Positions 1 to 10,439 are shown, counted from the stretch's first letter. The stretch is DNA of 64,000 nt from an uncultured delta proteobacterium (GCA_963766175.1 CAVXZE010000002.1:204480-268479); one strand, 5' to 3'. Translations and numbers: made by a program. Notes: a model not told the origin generated them from the sequence alone.

Positions 1-1286
1 AGCGCCGGAATCACCGCCCCCCAGCCGGTCAGGTCGAAGGGTTCGGCGTCGATGGTGGTGCGGGTTCGCGCGCCCCTCTCCACCTGCACCTCCACCTCCG
101 CGTCCTTGACCTCGACCTGGGTGTCCTGGAGCCCGATCTGACCGTCGGGTCCGGTGACGATCCGGCCGGTGGCGGTCGCCCTGGTTCCCCGCAGCTTTCC
201 GAAGGCGACGCCGTACTCCACCTTCGCATCGGTTGCGTCCAGCTGGAAAGTCCCAGAGGCGTCGTCGAGTCCTCCCTCGAGATCGGCGCGGAGCTTCATC
301 TGACCCCGAATCACCAGATCCTCGGCGGCCAGATCTCCATTCCGGAGGAGCACGTCCACGACGATGCGCTCCGCCTCATCCTCCGTCCGCGAGGTGGCGA
401 CTGTTCCGGTGACGGCACCGCCGACCCGTTGCCCCTTGTTCAGGTAGGGTGCAACCGGGGAGAGAACGACATCCTCCAGCCGATAGTCGATCCGGTACGA
501 TCCCCCGATCTCCGCTTCGCCGTTCGCCCGGACGGAACCCCCGCTCGTCATGGCCCCGTTGATCTCGAAGTCGATGGGATCTTCCATCGATTCCGCACTC
601 GCCGTGGCGACGACATCGCGAAGCTCCCAGGTGGCCGGGGGCGAAACGGTGCGGTCCTCGAGGATCAATCGGCTGTCTCGGAGGTCGACCTGGCGAATCG
701 CCAACGTGAAGCCTCTCTCATCCTCGTCGTCGCCGGCCTTCGAACCGTCCTCCGTCGGCGGTGACGGTGCGGCATCCTCACCGGACTCCGATGCCTGGCC
801 CTGCGACGAAGAGAGTGCGCCGTCTGCGGACGACTCCGATGCCCGGCTCTTCGACGAAGGGAGCGCGGTGTCAGGAGCCTTCGGCGCCTCGGCTGCGGCC
901 GCCTCCCTCGGAAACTCGATGCCCTCGGACGTCCGAACCAGACGCACCGTGGCGCCCTCCACCACCAGGGAATCGACCACCACGGTCCAGGCCATCAGGG
1001 GAGCCAGCGCAATTTCGAGCTCCACACCGTCGGCCTCGAAGACCGGAGGTGAGCCGTCGGATTCCCCCTTCACCTCGGGATCGCTCACGACCAGACGAGG
1101 CGGCATCAGGCCGAAGTCGAGCTCTCCGTAGCGGATCTCCCGGCCCGTGGCCTCCCGGGCCGCTTCCTGGATGCGGGCGCGGACCGCGTCACTCCGCACC
1201 AGCCGAGGAAAGGCGATGGTGAGAGCGACCACCGCCGTGACCAGCAGGATCCCCAGAATCCCTGCGAGGCGAATGGCAAGACGCAC
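1..1286 (-). CDS. AsmA-family protein, N-terminal ~428 codons (3' end lies beyond the window edge)
   Basis: Not in the ORF track because it runs off the window. My reverse-strand translation from GTG at 1286 reads VRLAIRLAGILGILLVTAVVALTIAFPRLVRSDAVRARIQEAAREATGREIRYGELDFGLMPPRLVV..., a TM anchor followed by an AsmA-like N-domain. The frame stays open to position 1. The gene starts 3 nt after the gatB stop. Confidence 0.6.
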   Translation of the reverse strand, partial: MRLAIRLAGILGILLVTAVVALTIAFPRLVRSDAVRARIQEAAREATGREIRYGELDFGLMPPRLVVSDPEVKGESDGSPPVFEADGVELEIALAPLMAWTVVVDSLVVEGATVRLVRTSEGIEFPREAAAAEAPKAPDTALPSSKSRASESSADGALSSSQGQASESGEDAAPSPPTEDGSKAGDDEDERGFTLAIRQVDLRDSRLILEDRTVSPPATWELRDVVATASAESMEDPIDFEINGAMTSGGSVRANGEAEIGGSYRIDYRLEDVVLSPVAPYLNKGQRVGGAVTGTVATSRTEDEAERIVVDVLLRNGDLAAEDLVIRGQMKLRADLEGGLDDASGTFQLDATDAKVEYGVAFGKLRGTRATATGRIVTGPDGQIGLQDTQVEVKDAEVEVQVERGARTRTTIDAEPFDLTGWGAVIPA

Positions 1287-1289
1287 GGG

Positions 1290-2741
1290 TTACTCCTCGA
1301 GTCTTCGCGCCAGGATCTCGCGGACCTGTCCGGGATCCGCCTTGCCCTGGGTCTTCTTCATGACCTGTCCCATCAGGAAGTTCACCACCTTCTTGTCACC
1401 CTCGGCGTAGGCCTTGGCGACGTCCGGGTTCGCGCTGACGACCTCGTCTGCGACCGATTCCAGAAGCCCGGCGTCCGAGACGGCCTCCAGGCCGCGCTCC
1501 CGCACCAACGCCTCGGGATCGCCGCCCTGTTCGGTGAGCTCTGCGACCAGATCCCTGGCGCTCTTCGCGGTGACCCTCCCCTGGTCCACCATCTCGATCA
1601 ACCGTGCCAGCGCCTCGGGCGCGATGGCCGCCTCCTCGATCTCGATCTCCCGCTCCCTCAGCGCGGCGAGCAGATCGCGAAGCATCCAGTTGGCGACGCT
1701 CTTGGCGGTGCCGTGAGCGCGGGCCGCTGCCTCGAAGAAGTCCGCCAGCGCCCGGCTGGCGCTCAGCAGACCGGCGTCGTGGGCGGAGAGGCCGTACTCG
1801 CTCTCGAAGCGCAGCCGCTTCTGGTCGGGCAGCTCGGGCAGCGCGGCGCGGATCGCCTCGATCCGCTCCTCGCCGACCATCAGGGGGATCAGATCGGGAT
1901 CCGGGAAGTAGCGGTAGTCGTCCGCGTTCTCCTTGAGGCGCATCACGAAGAGGCGATGGCCCTCGGCGTCGTAGCCCAGTGTGGCCTGCTGAATCGCCCC
2001 GCCGTCGTCGAGAATCTCCGCCTGCCGATCGATCTCGGCGCGAATCGCCTCCTCCACGAAGCGGAAGGAGTTGATGTTCTTGATCTCGGTGCGCGTACCG
2101 AACTCGGTCGCGCCCCTGGGACGCAGCGAGACGTTGGCATCGCAGCGAAACTGACCCTTCTCCAGGTCCGCGTCGGAGCTCTCGATGTAGCGGAGAATCG
2201 CGCGCAGGGTGCGGAGGTAGGCCCCGGCCTCCTCGGCAGATCGCATGTCCGGCTCGGAGACGATCTCGATCAGCGGCACGCTGGTGCGGTTCAGGTCCAC
2301 CTGGGTCTCGGTGGCCGCTCCGTCGTGAATCGACTTGCCGGCGTCTTCCTCCATGTGGATGCGGGTAATCCCGATCCGCTTGGCCTCCTGCCCCTCTAGC
2401 TCGATCTCGATCCAGCCTCCGGTGGCGAGGGGCTTCTCGTACTGCGAGATCTGATAGCCCTTGGGAAGGTCGGGATAGAAGTAGTTCTTGCGAGCGAAGA
2501 TCGAGTGCGCGTGCACCTCGCAGTGGGTCGCGAGGCCGGTGCGCATGGCGTGCTCCACCGCCGCTCCGTTCAAGACCGGCAGCGCACCCGGGAGCGCCAG
2601 GCAGACCGGGCAGGTGTGGTGGTTGGGCTCGTCGCCGTAGCTGACGGCGCAGGAGCAGAAGAGCTTCGACCGGGTTCGAAGATGAACGTGCACCTCGAGT
2701 CCGATCACCGCTTCGTAACGAGAATGGACGGCGCTGCTCAT
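1290..2741 (-). CDS. gatB: Asp-tRNA(Asn)/Glu-tRNA(Gln) amidotransferase subunit B
   Basis: 483-aa ORF. N-terminus YEAVIGLEVHVHL...KLFCSC...PVCLALPGALPVLN and C-terminal ...NFLMGQVMKKTQGKADP are classic GatB. It overlaps gatA by 4 nt. Confidence 0.95.
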   Translation of the reverse strand: MSSAVHSRYEAVIGLEVHVHLRTRSKLFCSCAVSYGDEPNHHTCPVCLALPGALPVLNGAAVEHAMRTGLATHCEVHAHSIFARKNYFYPDLPKGYQISQYEKPLATGGWIEIELEGQEAKRIGITRIHMEEDAGKSIHDGAATETQVDLNRTSVPLIEIVSEPDMRSAEEAGAYLRTLRAILRYIESSDADLEKGQFRCDANVSLRPRGATEFGTRTEIKNINSFRFVEEAIRAEIDRQAEILDDGGAIQQATLGYDAEGHRLFVMRLKENADDYRYFPDPDLIPLMVGEERIEAIRAALPELPDQKRLRFESEYGLSAHDAGLLSASRALADFFEAAARAHGTAKSVANWMLRDLLAALREREIEIEEAAIAPEALARLIEMVDQGRVTAKSARDLVAELTEQGGDPEALVRERGLEAVSDAGLLESVADEVVSANPDVAKAYAEGDKKVVNFLMGQVMKKTQGKADPGQVREILARRLEE

Positions 2742-4204
2742 GGTAGATCCGGGGGGCGCTGCAGGTGGAACTCGGTGCGTCGCTGAAAGGCGTCGGCCAC
2801 CCGAAGAGGCGTCGCGTCGTCGAGGGGCCGACCGAGGATCTGCAGCCCGACGGGCATCTGGTGGGCAAAGCCACAGGGAACCGAGACACCGGGCAATCCC
2901 GCCAGGTTCGCCGACACTGTGAAGACGTCGGAGAGATACATGGTGAGGGGATCCGAGGTCTTCTCGCCGATCCGAAAGGCCGTCTCCGGGGTGGTCGGCG
3001 TGATCAGGACGTCGCAGCCCGCGAAGGCCTCGTCGAAGTCGCGCCGCAGCAAGGTGCGTACCTGCTGAGCCTTCCGGTAGTAGGCGTCGTAGTAGCCGGC
3101 GGAGAGCACGAAGGTCCCGAGCAGGATCCGCCGCTTCACTTCGGCACCGAAGCCCTCGGAGCGAGATCGCTCGTACATCTCCGTCAGCCCCCGGACACCC
3201 GCCGCCCGCCGGCCGTAGCGGACCCCGTCGAAGCGAGCCAGGTTGCTCGACGCCTCCGCCGTCGCGATCAGGTAGTAGGTCGCGACTGCGAACCGGGTAT
3301 GGGGAAGCGAGACCTCGCGAGTCTTCGCCCCGGCCACCTCCAGCTCGGCCACCGCCTCGCTGACCCGCGCCACCACTTCGGGATCGACGCCCTCGGATGC
3401 GTAGTATTCACGGGGGAGTCCGATCACGAGACCGGAGACGTCACCGCTGAGCGCAGCGAGGCAGGTTGTCGCCGGCTCGGGAAGCGAGGTCGAGTCGCGG
3501 GGATCGTGTCCGGAGATCACGTCGAGAACCGACGCACAGTCCGCGGCGGTGTGGGCAAAGGGACCGATCTGATCCAGGGAAGAGGCGAAGGCCACCAGGC
3601 CGAAGCGGGAGACCCGCCCGTAGGTCGGCTTCATCCCCACCACACCGGTGAATGCGGCGGGCTGCCGGATCGATCCGCCCGTATCGCTTCCGAGAGCGAC
3701 GGGGACGATTCCGGCGGCGACGGCAACCGCCGATCCGCCGGAGGACCCACCGGGCGACCGCTCGGGATCCCAGGGATTGCGGCTGGTCCCGTAGGCCGAG
3801 TTCTCCGTCGAGGAGCCCATCGCGAACTCGTCCATGTTGGTCCGCGCCACCACCACGGCACCGGCCTCGCGGAGCCGCTCCACCGCCGTGGCGTCGAAGG
3901 GAGACTCGTAGCCCTGGAGGATCTTCGAAGCGCAGCCCACCTTCTCGCCCGCGTGTGCCAGGTTGTCCTTCAGGGCGATGGGAATGCCGTCCAGGGACGA
4001 TCGCACCGAGCCCCGGGCGCGGCGCTCGTCCGCCTCGGCAGCCTCTGCGCGGGCGCTCTCCTCCCGGGTCGCGAGCAGCGCGTGCAGACCCGGCTCCACC
4101 GCCTCGGCCCGGTCCAGGCTGCGCTCCACCAGCTCGGCCGACGACACCGCGCCCGCATCGAGGGCGCTCCGCAGCTCGGTCAGGGTACCGAGGGGCTCGC
4201 TCAC
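2738..4204 (-). CDS. gatA: Glutamyl-tRNA(Gln) amidotransferase subunit A
   Basis: 488 aa. Carries the amidase signature [14 protein letters not shown] and the KDN motif (IALKDNL). It lies between gatC and gatB. Confidence 0.95.
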   Translation of the reverse strand: MSEPLGTLTELRSALDAGAVSSAELVERSLDRAEAVEPGLHALLATREESARAEAAEADERRARGSVRSSLDGIPIALKDNLAHAGEKVGCASKILQGYESPFDATAVERLREAGAVVVARTNMDEFAMGSSTENSAYGTSRNPWDPERSPGGSSGGSAVAVAAGIVPVALGSDTGGSIRQPAAFTGVVGMKPTYGRVSRFGLVAFASSLDQIGPFAHTAADCASVLDVISGHDPRDSTSLPEPATTCLAALSGDVSGLVIGLPREYYASEGVDPEVVARVSEAVAELEVAGAKTREVSLPHTRFAVATYYLIATAEASSNLARFDGVRYGRRAAGVRGLTEMYERSRSEGFGAEVKRRILLGTFVLSAGYYDAYYRKAQQVRTLLRRDFDEAFAGCDVLITPTTPETAFRIGEKTSDPLTMYLSDVFTVSANLAGLPGVSVPCGFAHQMPVGLQILGRPLDDATPLRVADAFQRRTEFHLQRPPDLP

Positions 4205-4209
4205 CGCCC

Positions 4210-4515
4210 TTACCCCTCGTCCTCGCCCTCGAGGACCTTGGGCACCGCAAAGGCAGAGCCGTCTCGCGCCGGGGCGTTGGAGATGGCCGTCTCCGGAGGG
4301 TACGAGGTCCCCGGCCGATCTTCACGCATCGGTGTCGCCAGGGGCATCACGTGGGAGGTCGGCTCCACCTGGCTGGTGTCGAGGGTATCGAGCAGCTCGA
4401 TGTAACCGAGAATCGACTCCAGCTGGGAGGCCATCGCCACAGCCTCTTCCCCGGAGAGCCTCAGCCGCGCCAGATGCGCGATCCGCTCCACCTCCTCGCG
4501 GGTCATGTGGGACAT
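4210..4515 (-). CDS. gatC: Glutamyl-tRNA(Gln) amidotransferase subunit C
   Basis: Internal ATG at 4515 gives a 101-aa protein, MSHMTREEVERIAHLARLRLSGEE...LDTLDTSQVEPTSHV, which is the GatC pattern. The 23 upstream codons in the track ORF look non-coding. Confidence 0.85.
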   Translation of the reverse strand: MSHMTREEVERIAHLARLRLSGEEAVAMASQLESILGYIELLDTLDTSQVEPTSHVMPLATPMREDRPGTSYPPETAISNAPARDGSAFAVPKVLEGEDEG

Positions 4516-4551
4516 GGGCGCAATATAACGGATGTAGAGATTTGCGCGTAA
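4516..4551 (-). promoter_or_regulatory. Putative sigma70-type promoter for gatCAB, leaderless geometry
   Basis: Minus strand reads TTACGC-N18-TATATT-gcgccc-ATG. The -10 box ends 6 nt before the gatC start and there is no Shine-Dalgarno sequence. Confidence 0.4.
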
Positions 4552-4709
4552 AACCGATGATTTACGGGCGCACTTCGGGACCATGGGCCAGCCGTCTGCC
4601 GGAGGGTCCGCGCTCTGCGCCCGGGCGGCGAGCCGGTCGAGCGCACCTGGATTGCCGCGCCTCTCCCGATTCAGACTACGGTCGGGGACGAATCGTGAGA
4701 GAGGACCCC

Positions 4710-5123
4710 ATGGCCGACTTTGCCCGCGAGGAAATCGAGACCGCCTGGCGCCACCGGATGGAGTTGCAGGACGCCGACGACTGGCAGGCCTTCGGCATGA
4801 CCTTCACCGAGGATGCCGTCTACCTGGAGCACCACGAGGGCACCTTCGAGGGCCGGCAGGCGATCCTCGACTGGCTGGTACCCGTGATGAAGCAGTGCGA
4901 AGGCTGGACCTACCCGATCCAGTGGCACGCCATCGACGGCAACCGGGTGATCCACAAGTGGCTGAACCGGCTGCCGGGGAAGCGCTCCGACGGCAGCTAC
5001 TACGAGTTCGCCGGCCTGACGATCATGGAATACGCCGGCGACGGCCAGTTCTCCTTCCAGGAGGACATCTACAACTGGGAGGAGGCCGTCCCGGTTCTGA
5101 AGGAGTGGGCGACGGGCCGGTGA
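4710..5123 (+). CDS. SnoaL-like / NTF2-fold protein
   Basis: 137 aa from ATG 4710, with GAGAGAGG upstream as ribosome-binding site. The sequence MADFAREEIETAWRHRMELQDADDWQAFGMTFTEDAVYLEHHEG...IDGNRVIHKW resembles SnoaL/polyketide-cyclase-like NTF2 proteins. The track ORF from 3963 is over-extended. Confidence 0.55.
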   Translation: MADFAREEIETAWRHRMELQDADDWQAFGMTFTEDAVYLEHHEGTFEGRQAILDWLVPVMKQCEGWTYPIQWHAIDGNRVIHKWLNRLPGKRSDGSYYEFAGLTIMEYAGDGQFSFQEDIYNWEEAVPVLKEWATGR

Positions 5124-5131
5124 TCGGCTCC

Positions 5132-5365
5132 TCAGGGCGCCTCGCGCACTGCCCGATCGACGCGATCTTCCGACGCGTCATAGGCGCGCTGGAGTGCGTC
5201 ACCCGCGCGCTCGCGTGTCGAGCGGGCTTCAGTCGCCTCGAGAGTGGAGGAGCCCGAAGAGCCTGCGAATAGACCACCGAAGGCCCGATCCGTGCCCTCG
5301 GTGAAGACAGTGACGCCGACCCAGATCGCGATCACCATCAGCACGATCGCGATTAGCTTGCCCAT
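5132..5365 (-). CDS. Small membrane protein, unknown function
   Basis: 77 aa: MGKLIAIVLMVIAIWVGVTVF... (one TM helix followed by a charged tail). A GGAGG ribosome-binding site sits 7 nt upstream of ATG 5365. Confidence 0.4.
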   Translation of the reverse strand: MGKLIAIVLMVIAIWVGVTVFTEGTDRAFGGLFAGSSGSSTLEATEARSTRERAGDALQRAYDASEDRVDRAVREAP

Positions 5366-5519
5366 CTCTGAACCTCCAACTAGGGGAGGCACGCTCCCTC
5401 GGCCAGATGAATCGGCAACTCCGCGGGGGAGCATGAGCAGCGGTGGATCCGCCGGGATCGGAGGGCGTCGGCTGCGCAGACCAGTTTCTCGCCACGAGGC
5501 GGAGGACGGAGTCCGCCGT

Positions 5520-6185
5520 CTACCAGATCCCCGGTAGCAGGCGGTAGCGGGTGCGCGACGCGTACTCCGGGTATCCGGCCAGCTCCTGGCGCAGGGTGCG
5601 GTCCTCGAGGGCCGTCCGCGCGGTGAACAGCAGCGCACCGGCGACGACCGGCGCGAAGGCCCAGAGCGAACCCAGAATCAGCGGCGCCGCCAGGCTGCCG
5701 ACGATCGCCGCCAGGTAGCCGGGATGTCTGACGATCCGATACGGACCCGAGCTGACCACGCGATGCCCGCGGTCGGTCTGGATGCGAACCAGCAGCTCGA
5801 AGTGATCGTTCACCGCCATCGCCCAGGCCCCGAAGAGATACGCCAGCATCATCGCCACCAGACCGACGTACATCCCAGCGATCGGCACGGGAGCGTTGCC
5901 GCCCCGCCCCACCTCGAGCCCGGCCACGACGGGCGTTGCGAAGGCGAGGACCAGCCAGAGCGCGACGAAGACACGATCGTAGCTCTTGGTGCCCGCGCCC
6001 ATCCTTCCGCGCCGCTCCAGGATCTCCGGGTTTGCCGCCGCCAGGATGGCCGCCGTCAGCAGCTCACCGAGCAGTACCGCGCCGAGGTAGACCCAGGCCC
6101 GCGGCCAGTCCACGCGCCCGGCAGCAGCGAAGAGCAGCAGACCGAAGAGGGCCGTCGAGAACACGCGTCCCAGGACGTATCGCAT
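5520..6185 (-). CDS. Isoprenylcysteine carboxyl methyltransferase (ICMT/PEMT) family membrane protein
   Basis: 221 aa, multi-TM. Motif SGPYRIVRHPGYLAAIVG...ALEDRTLRQEL is typical of the ICMT family. Confidence 0.7.
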   Translation of the reverse strand: MRYVLGRVFSTALFGLLLFAAAGRVDWPRAWVYLGAVLLGELLTAAILAAANPEILERRGRMGAGTKSYDRVFVALWLVLAFATPVVAGLEVGRGGNAPVPIAGMYVGLVAMMLAYLFGAWAMAVNDHFELLVRIQTDRGHRVVSSGPYRIVRHPGYLAAIVGSLAAPLILGSLWAFAPVVAGALLFTARTALEDRTLRQELAGYPEYASRTRYRLLPGIW

Positions 6186-6229
6186 TCCCCTCCTTCATCC
6201 GACCCAGATCGGCGTAGGAGCAGGCCAGC

Positions 6230-7729
6230 TCAGCCAAAGACGCGCGGGCGCCGGTTGACCCAGGGGCGGGCCTCTTCGAGCTGCTCGGCGAGGGAAAAGA
6301 GAGTGGCCTCGTCGCCCACCCGGCCGGAGAAGTGGCTGCCCACCGGATAGCCGGCGGCCGTCCAGTAGAGCGGCACCGACATGGCCGGACTCCCCGTGGC
6401 GTTCGCGACGGGCGTGTAGCTGACGTAGGCGACCACTCGCTCGAGCAGCTCCTGGAAGGGAAGATCCGACGAGAGCTCCCGGGTTCGCACACCCGGCTTC
6501 GAGAGCACGGGTGTCAGCACCACGTCGTGGAGCTCGTGGAAGAGGGCCATCTCCCGGGTCACCTCCTGCATGTACTTCTCGGCGGCCTCGAGAGAACCCG
6601 CTGGCTGCTTGCGGTAATGATCGACGAGTCCCCAGGTCCAGCCTTCGAGTGCGGTGGGCGGCACCGGGCGACCGAGTTGCTTGGTGACCAGCTCCAGCAT
6701 CATCGTGGGAATGGAGCTCCACAGCACCATGAAGTGGTCGATGAAGCGCTGGCCGTCGATGTTCGGCTTGGCCTCCTCCACGCGGTGGCCGAGCAGCTCA
6801 CAGAGCCTGGCACTCGACTCCACGGCGGCCACGCAGTCCGGATGCGCGCGCGCTCCGGCGAGGTCGGTGGTGTGGTAGGCGATCCGCAGGTGGCGCGGCG
6901 GCTGACCGGGAGGTGACACAGGAGGCGGTAGCAGGCTCCCTTCCGCCGGGGTGAGCGCGGTGGCCTGGAGAGTGGCAGCGCTGTCGCGCACCGAGCGCGT
7001 CAAGACGTGACGCACGGCCAGGTCACCGGGTGTGAGAGACGGCTCCGGCTGCCTGCCACGGCTCACCTTGATTCCGAAGAGGCCGCAGTTGGAGGACGGG
7101 ACCCGGATCGATCCGCCGCCGTCTCCGCCCTGAGCCATGGGCACCATGCCGCTCGCCACGGCAACGGCGGCTCCCCCGCTCGATCCGCCCGGATCGTACG
7201 AGAGATCCCACGGATTCCGGGCCGGACCGAAGAGCTTGGGCTCGGTGCAGGGCAGCAGCCCGAACTCCGGGGTATTCGTCTTGCCGAGCACCACCAGGCC
7301 CGCGGCTTCCATGCGCCGCACCAGCTCCGGGGTCGTGCGCCCGACCCGGTCACGAAACAGCTCGGTGCCGGACGTGTATCGCACCCCCTTGTACTCCACG
7401 AGGTCCTTCAGCAGAAACGGAACGCCGCGGAAGGGACCTTCCGGAAGCGGCCGATCGCAGCGCTCGAGGGCGCGCTCGAAGTCGGTGGTGACCACCGCAT
7501 TCAGTACCGGGTTCAGCTGCTCGATGCGGCGGATCGCCGCCTCGGCCAGCTCGCGCGCCGATACCGCGCCGCTTCGCACCAGCTCGGCCTGCCCGAGTGC
7601 ATCGAGTCGGGAGAAATCGTCCTCGGCGAAGGCCGCTATCGGGAGCCACGGCGCCGCCGCGGCGGCGAGTGCGGCCCCTGCGCCCGCGCGGAGGAATTGG
7701 CGACGATCGAGGGAGGCGTTGGGACTCAC
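6230..7729 (-). CDS. Amidase-signature family protein with Tat signal
   Basis: 499 aa with a GTG start. Twin-arginine leader SLDRRQFLRAGAGAALAAAAAPWLPIAAFA; amidase signature GGSSGGAAVAVASG. Confidence 0.8.
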   Translation of the reverse strand: MSPNASLDRRQFLRAGAGAALAAAAAPWLPIAAFAEDDFSRLDALGQAELVRSGAVSARELAEAAIRRIEQLNPVLNAVVTTDFERALERCDRPLPEGPFRGVPFLLKDLVEYKGVRYTSGTELFRDRVGRTTPELVRRMEAAGLVVLGKTNTPEFGLLPCTEPKLFGPARNPWDLSYDPGGSSGGAAVAVASGMVPMAQGGDGGGSIRVPSSNCGLFGIKVSRGRQPEPSLTPGDLAVRHVLTRSVRDSAATLQATALTPAEGSLLPPPVSPPGQPPRHLRIAYHTTDLAGARAHPDCVAAVESSARLCELLGHRVEEAKPNIDGQRFIDHFMVLWSSIPTMMLELVTKQLGRPVPPTALEGWTWGLVDHYRKQPAGSLEAAEKYMQEVTREMALFHELHDVVLTPVLSKPGVRTRELSSDLPFQELLERVVAYVSYTPVANATGSPAMSVPLYWTAAGYPVGSHFSGRVGDEATLFSLAEQLEEARPWVNRRPRVFG

Positions 7730-7768
7730 GGTTCTGGCTCCGGTTCGAGGGGTGGATCAGGCTATCAC

Positions 7769-9274
7769 ATGAGCGGAGAGGTTGCGGAGTCGGCCGGGCC
7801 CGCCTTGGCCGATCCCGGAGCGGGTGTTAGGCTCGGCGGCGTCTTGTCCGATAGCGCCCATTCACTTTTCGACGATCTCCCCGACGACATCCGCGCAGGC
7901 ATCGCCGATCTCGGCTGGACCGAACCGATGCCGGTGCAGGAACGGGTCATCCCGCTGATGCGGAGGGGGGTGGACGTGATGGTCCAGGCCCGGACCGGCA
8001 GCGGCAAGACCGGCGCCTTCGGCATCCCCATCGTCGCCGAGACCGACACGGAGCTGGCCGCTCCCCAGGCCCTGGTGCTTGCCCCCACCCGGGAGCTGGC
8101 CAACCAGAGCGCCACCGAGATCCGCATCGTCGGCAAACACCGGGGCGTGCGCTGCCTGCCGGTCTACGGAGGCGTCGGCTACACCGCCCAACTCGAAGGT
8201 CTGAAAGAGGGCGCCCACGTCATCGTCGGAACTCCGGGCCGGATTCTGGATCACCTCGGCAGCGGCCGGATGAGCTTCCAGAGCGTCAAGACGGTGATCT
8301 TCGACGAGGCCGACGAGCTGCTCTCCCTGGGATTCTGGCCGGACATGCGCGAGATCCGCAGCTACCTGCCGGGCAAGCGCCAGGCCTGCCTGTTCTCGGC
8401 AACGCTTCCCGAGAGGGTGCTGGCGCTGGCGCGGGCCTTCCTTCACGAGCCCGAGTTCGTCTCCATGGTCGAGGGCCACGTCTCCCCGGAGGAGATCGAG
8501 CACTTCTTCTACGTCACGACGGCGAAGGAGAAGGAGGCGAATCTGCGCCAGATCATCGAGTACGAGGATCCCGAGAGCGCGATCATCTTCTGCAACACCA
8601 AGGACGATGTCCGATTCGTGACGGCCTACCTGCAGCGTCACGGCTTCGACGCGGACCAGATCTCCGGAGACCTGGCTCAGGTCGCACGCGAGAAGGCGAT
8701 GGCGCGGATCAAGGCCGGCGAGCTGCGCTTCCTGGTGGCGACCGACGTGGCCGCTCGGGGCATCGACATCAGCGATCTCAGCCACGTGATCAGCTATGCG
8801 GCACCGGAATCCGCCGAGGTCTACGTGCACCGCACCGGGCGCACCGGGCGGGTCGGCAAGGCGGGTGTGGCGATCTCCCTGATCTCGGGTCTCGACATCG
8901 GGAACTTCCGCAACCTGCAAAAGGTCAACAAGATCACCATCGAGGAGCGCGATCTCCCCAGCGACCAGGATCTGCTCGCCCGGGTGCGCGATCGCCTGGC
9001 GGTGAAGGTGGAGCAGGAGATCCGGCACATCGCCCAGCGCGAGCGGGCCTGGAAGGTGGACCGGCTGATCCCGGTGGTCGAGGCGATGGCGGCCGACGCA
9101 GACGGACGCCGCGATCTGGCCGCCATCTGCGCCTCCTACCTGCGCGAGCATCGCCCGGAGACGACGATCCAAGACGAGCCCGAGAAGGCCGCGCGCGAGG
9201 CATCGAGGAGGCCCTCGAAGTCTTCGAGAAATGGAGGCGGAGGCGGTCGCCGTCGGAAGCGCCGGCGCCCCTAG
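7769..9274 (+). CDS. DEAD-box ATP-dependent RNA helicase with Arg/Gly/Lys-rich C-terminal tail
   Basis: Motifs AQARTGSGKT, PTRELA, DEAD, SAT and HRTGRTGR; tail ...SRNGGGGGRRRKRRRP. The start is uncertain: ATG at 7769, or a start further downstream. The track ORF from 7007 is over-extended. Confidence 0.85.
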   Translation: MSGEVAESAGPALADPGAGVRLGGVLSDSAHSLFDDLPDDIRAGIADLGWTEPMPVQERVIPLMRRGVDVMVQARTGSGKTGAFGIPIVAETDTELAAPQALVLAPTRELANQSATEIRIVGKHRGVRCLPVYGGVGYTAQLEGLKEGAHVIVGTPGRILDHLGSGRMSFQSVKTVIFDEADELLSLGFWPDMREIRSYLPGKRQACLFSATLPERVLALARAFLHEPEFVSMVEGHVSPEEIEHFFYVTTAKEKEANLRQIIEYEDPESAIIFCNTKDDVRFVTAYLQRHGFDADQISGDLAQVAREKAMARIKAGELRFLVATDVAARGIDISDLSHVISYAAPESAEVYVHRTGRTGRVGKAGVAISLISGLDIGNFRNLQKVNKITIEERDLPSDQDLLARVRDRLAVKVEQEIRHIAQRERAWKVDRLIPVVEAMAADADGRRDLAAICASYLREHRPETTIQDEPEKAAREASRRPSKSSRNGGGGGRRRKRRRP

Positions 9275-9311
9275 CCTGCATTTCTCCCCAGCTCGCTACT
9301 GCGGCCGCCGA
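9271..9311 (+). repeat. Copy 1 of the ~41-nt CTAG-terminated intergenic repeat
   Basis: ctagcctgcatttctccccagctcgctactgcggccgccga. It is 38/41 identical to the copy at 32272..32232 (minus strand). Its TAG is the stop codon of the DEAD-box helicase gene. Confidence 0.8.
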
Positions 9312-9329
9312 GCCGACCGGGAGCCGGAC

Positions 9330-10358
9330 TCAGCGGAGGAAGTCGATGGCGTCCGCCGCGGCTTCGCGCACTTCCGGATCCGGGTGCCCGAGCAGGGGCT
9401 CCAGATCCGGGATCAGCGAAGGGTCCTGCGAATACTCGAGAGTGTCGATTGCAGCGAGCACCACCTCGGGCTCCGGATCGGCCAGGGCTGCGATCAGACT
9501 GCGCGCAGCGCCGATGGAATCGGCTCCGACCAGGCGGTAGGCGGCCGCGGCGCGAACTCCGGGATCGGGATCCTCCGCGAGGATCGTCTGGAGACGGACC
9601 GAACCCTCGCCATCGGGCCGGATCCACCCCACCGCCCGGCTGCGCACCTCCGGATCCCGGTCCTCGAGCAACTCCTCGGGATTCTCCGGCGCCTCTGGGG
9701 GATCCGGTCGTCGGACTTTGCGCCGCTCGGCGCGGCGCTCGGCATTGCGCTCAGCCGCCTCCTTCCGGCGTTCGCGAAGAAGAGCCAGCCGTTCGCGTTT
9801 CTCCCGCTGCTCCGGCGTGAGCTCTGCATCGGGCTTCCCGAACCCCATGCGCTCGCGGAACCGGGATCGAGCCTCCCGTCTCCGGCCCGCCCGCCTCGAG
9901 AGCTGCTCGCTGGCGCCAACCCGGACCAGGGTGAGGCGTGGCGCGCCCGCCTCGGGATCCGGCTCGTAGATGAGCGCGTGGGGAACGTCGCTCAGGAGCG
10001 TCCCCACGGCGTCGGCCAGGCGAACCGCAACCAGGTCGGTGCTGATCTCCTTCGGCTCGATCGGCGCCGCAACCACCTCGAAGCCGGCCTGCTCTCCGAG
10101 CCTCTGCAGTAGTCGCACTCGGGGCGCCTGACGCGCTCGGAGATTGACGCGATCCCCTGCGATCTCGATCGCCGCCCCTTCGAGACCAGGCGAGACGGGC
10201 TCGCTCAGGAGGGCTGAATCCTCCAGGCGAGGAGTGCTCGCCGGCGACCGCTCGGTCCCGGGGATCAGGCCCGAAAGCCGGTCACAGGCGAGCAGAAGTG
10301 CGGCGGCGACGCTGAGGGTCACGAGACCGCAACACAGCTTTGTTCCGCGAAACCTCAC
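9330..10358 (-). CDS. HEAT-repeat lipoprotein/membrane-anchored protein
   Basis: C-terminal HEAT/PBS-type repeats (DPDPGVRAAAAYRL..., DPEPEVVLAAIDTL..., HPDPEVREAAADAI...). The GTG at 10358 gives MRFRGTKLCCGLVTLSVAAALLLAC, a lipobox-like signal. An alternative GTG lies at 10424. Confidence 0.55.
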   Translation of the reverse strand: MRFRGTKLCCGLVTLSVAAALLLACDRLSGLIPGTERSPASTPRLEDSALLSEPVSPGLEGAAIEIAGDRVNLRARQAPRVRLLQRLGEQAGFEVVAAPIEPKEISTDLVAVRLADAVGTLLSDVPHALIYEPDPEAGAPRLTLVRVGASEQLSRRAGRRREARSRFRERMGFGKPDAELTPEQREKRERLALLRERRKEAAERNAERRAERRKVRRPDPPEAPENPEELLEDRDPEVRSRAVGWIRPDGEGSVRLQTILAEDPDPGVRAAAAYRLVGADSIGAARSLIAALADPEPEVVLAAIDTLEYSQDPSLIPDLEPLLGHPDPEVREAAADAIDFLR

Positions 10359-10439
10359 ACTTCGCTCCGGCCCGAGCGCCGCGACGTCCTGGGCATCGGA
10401 CCCAAGATGGGTGACTCGATCCACTCTCGGGCCGGATTC

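Noticed and set aside
8934-9281. ORFs opened by the ATG inside repeat copies (MQARGAG... here and MQASRGG... within 32226..32459)
   Set aside because: They run antisense through well-supported genes (the DEAD-box helicase and murQ) and have shadow-ORF composition. The ATG is simply part of the conserved repeat. Only at 36982 does it coincide with a credible protein N-terminus (MQANRHITVIGAGIAG).
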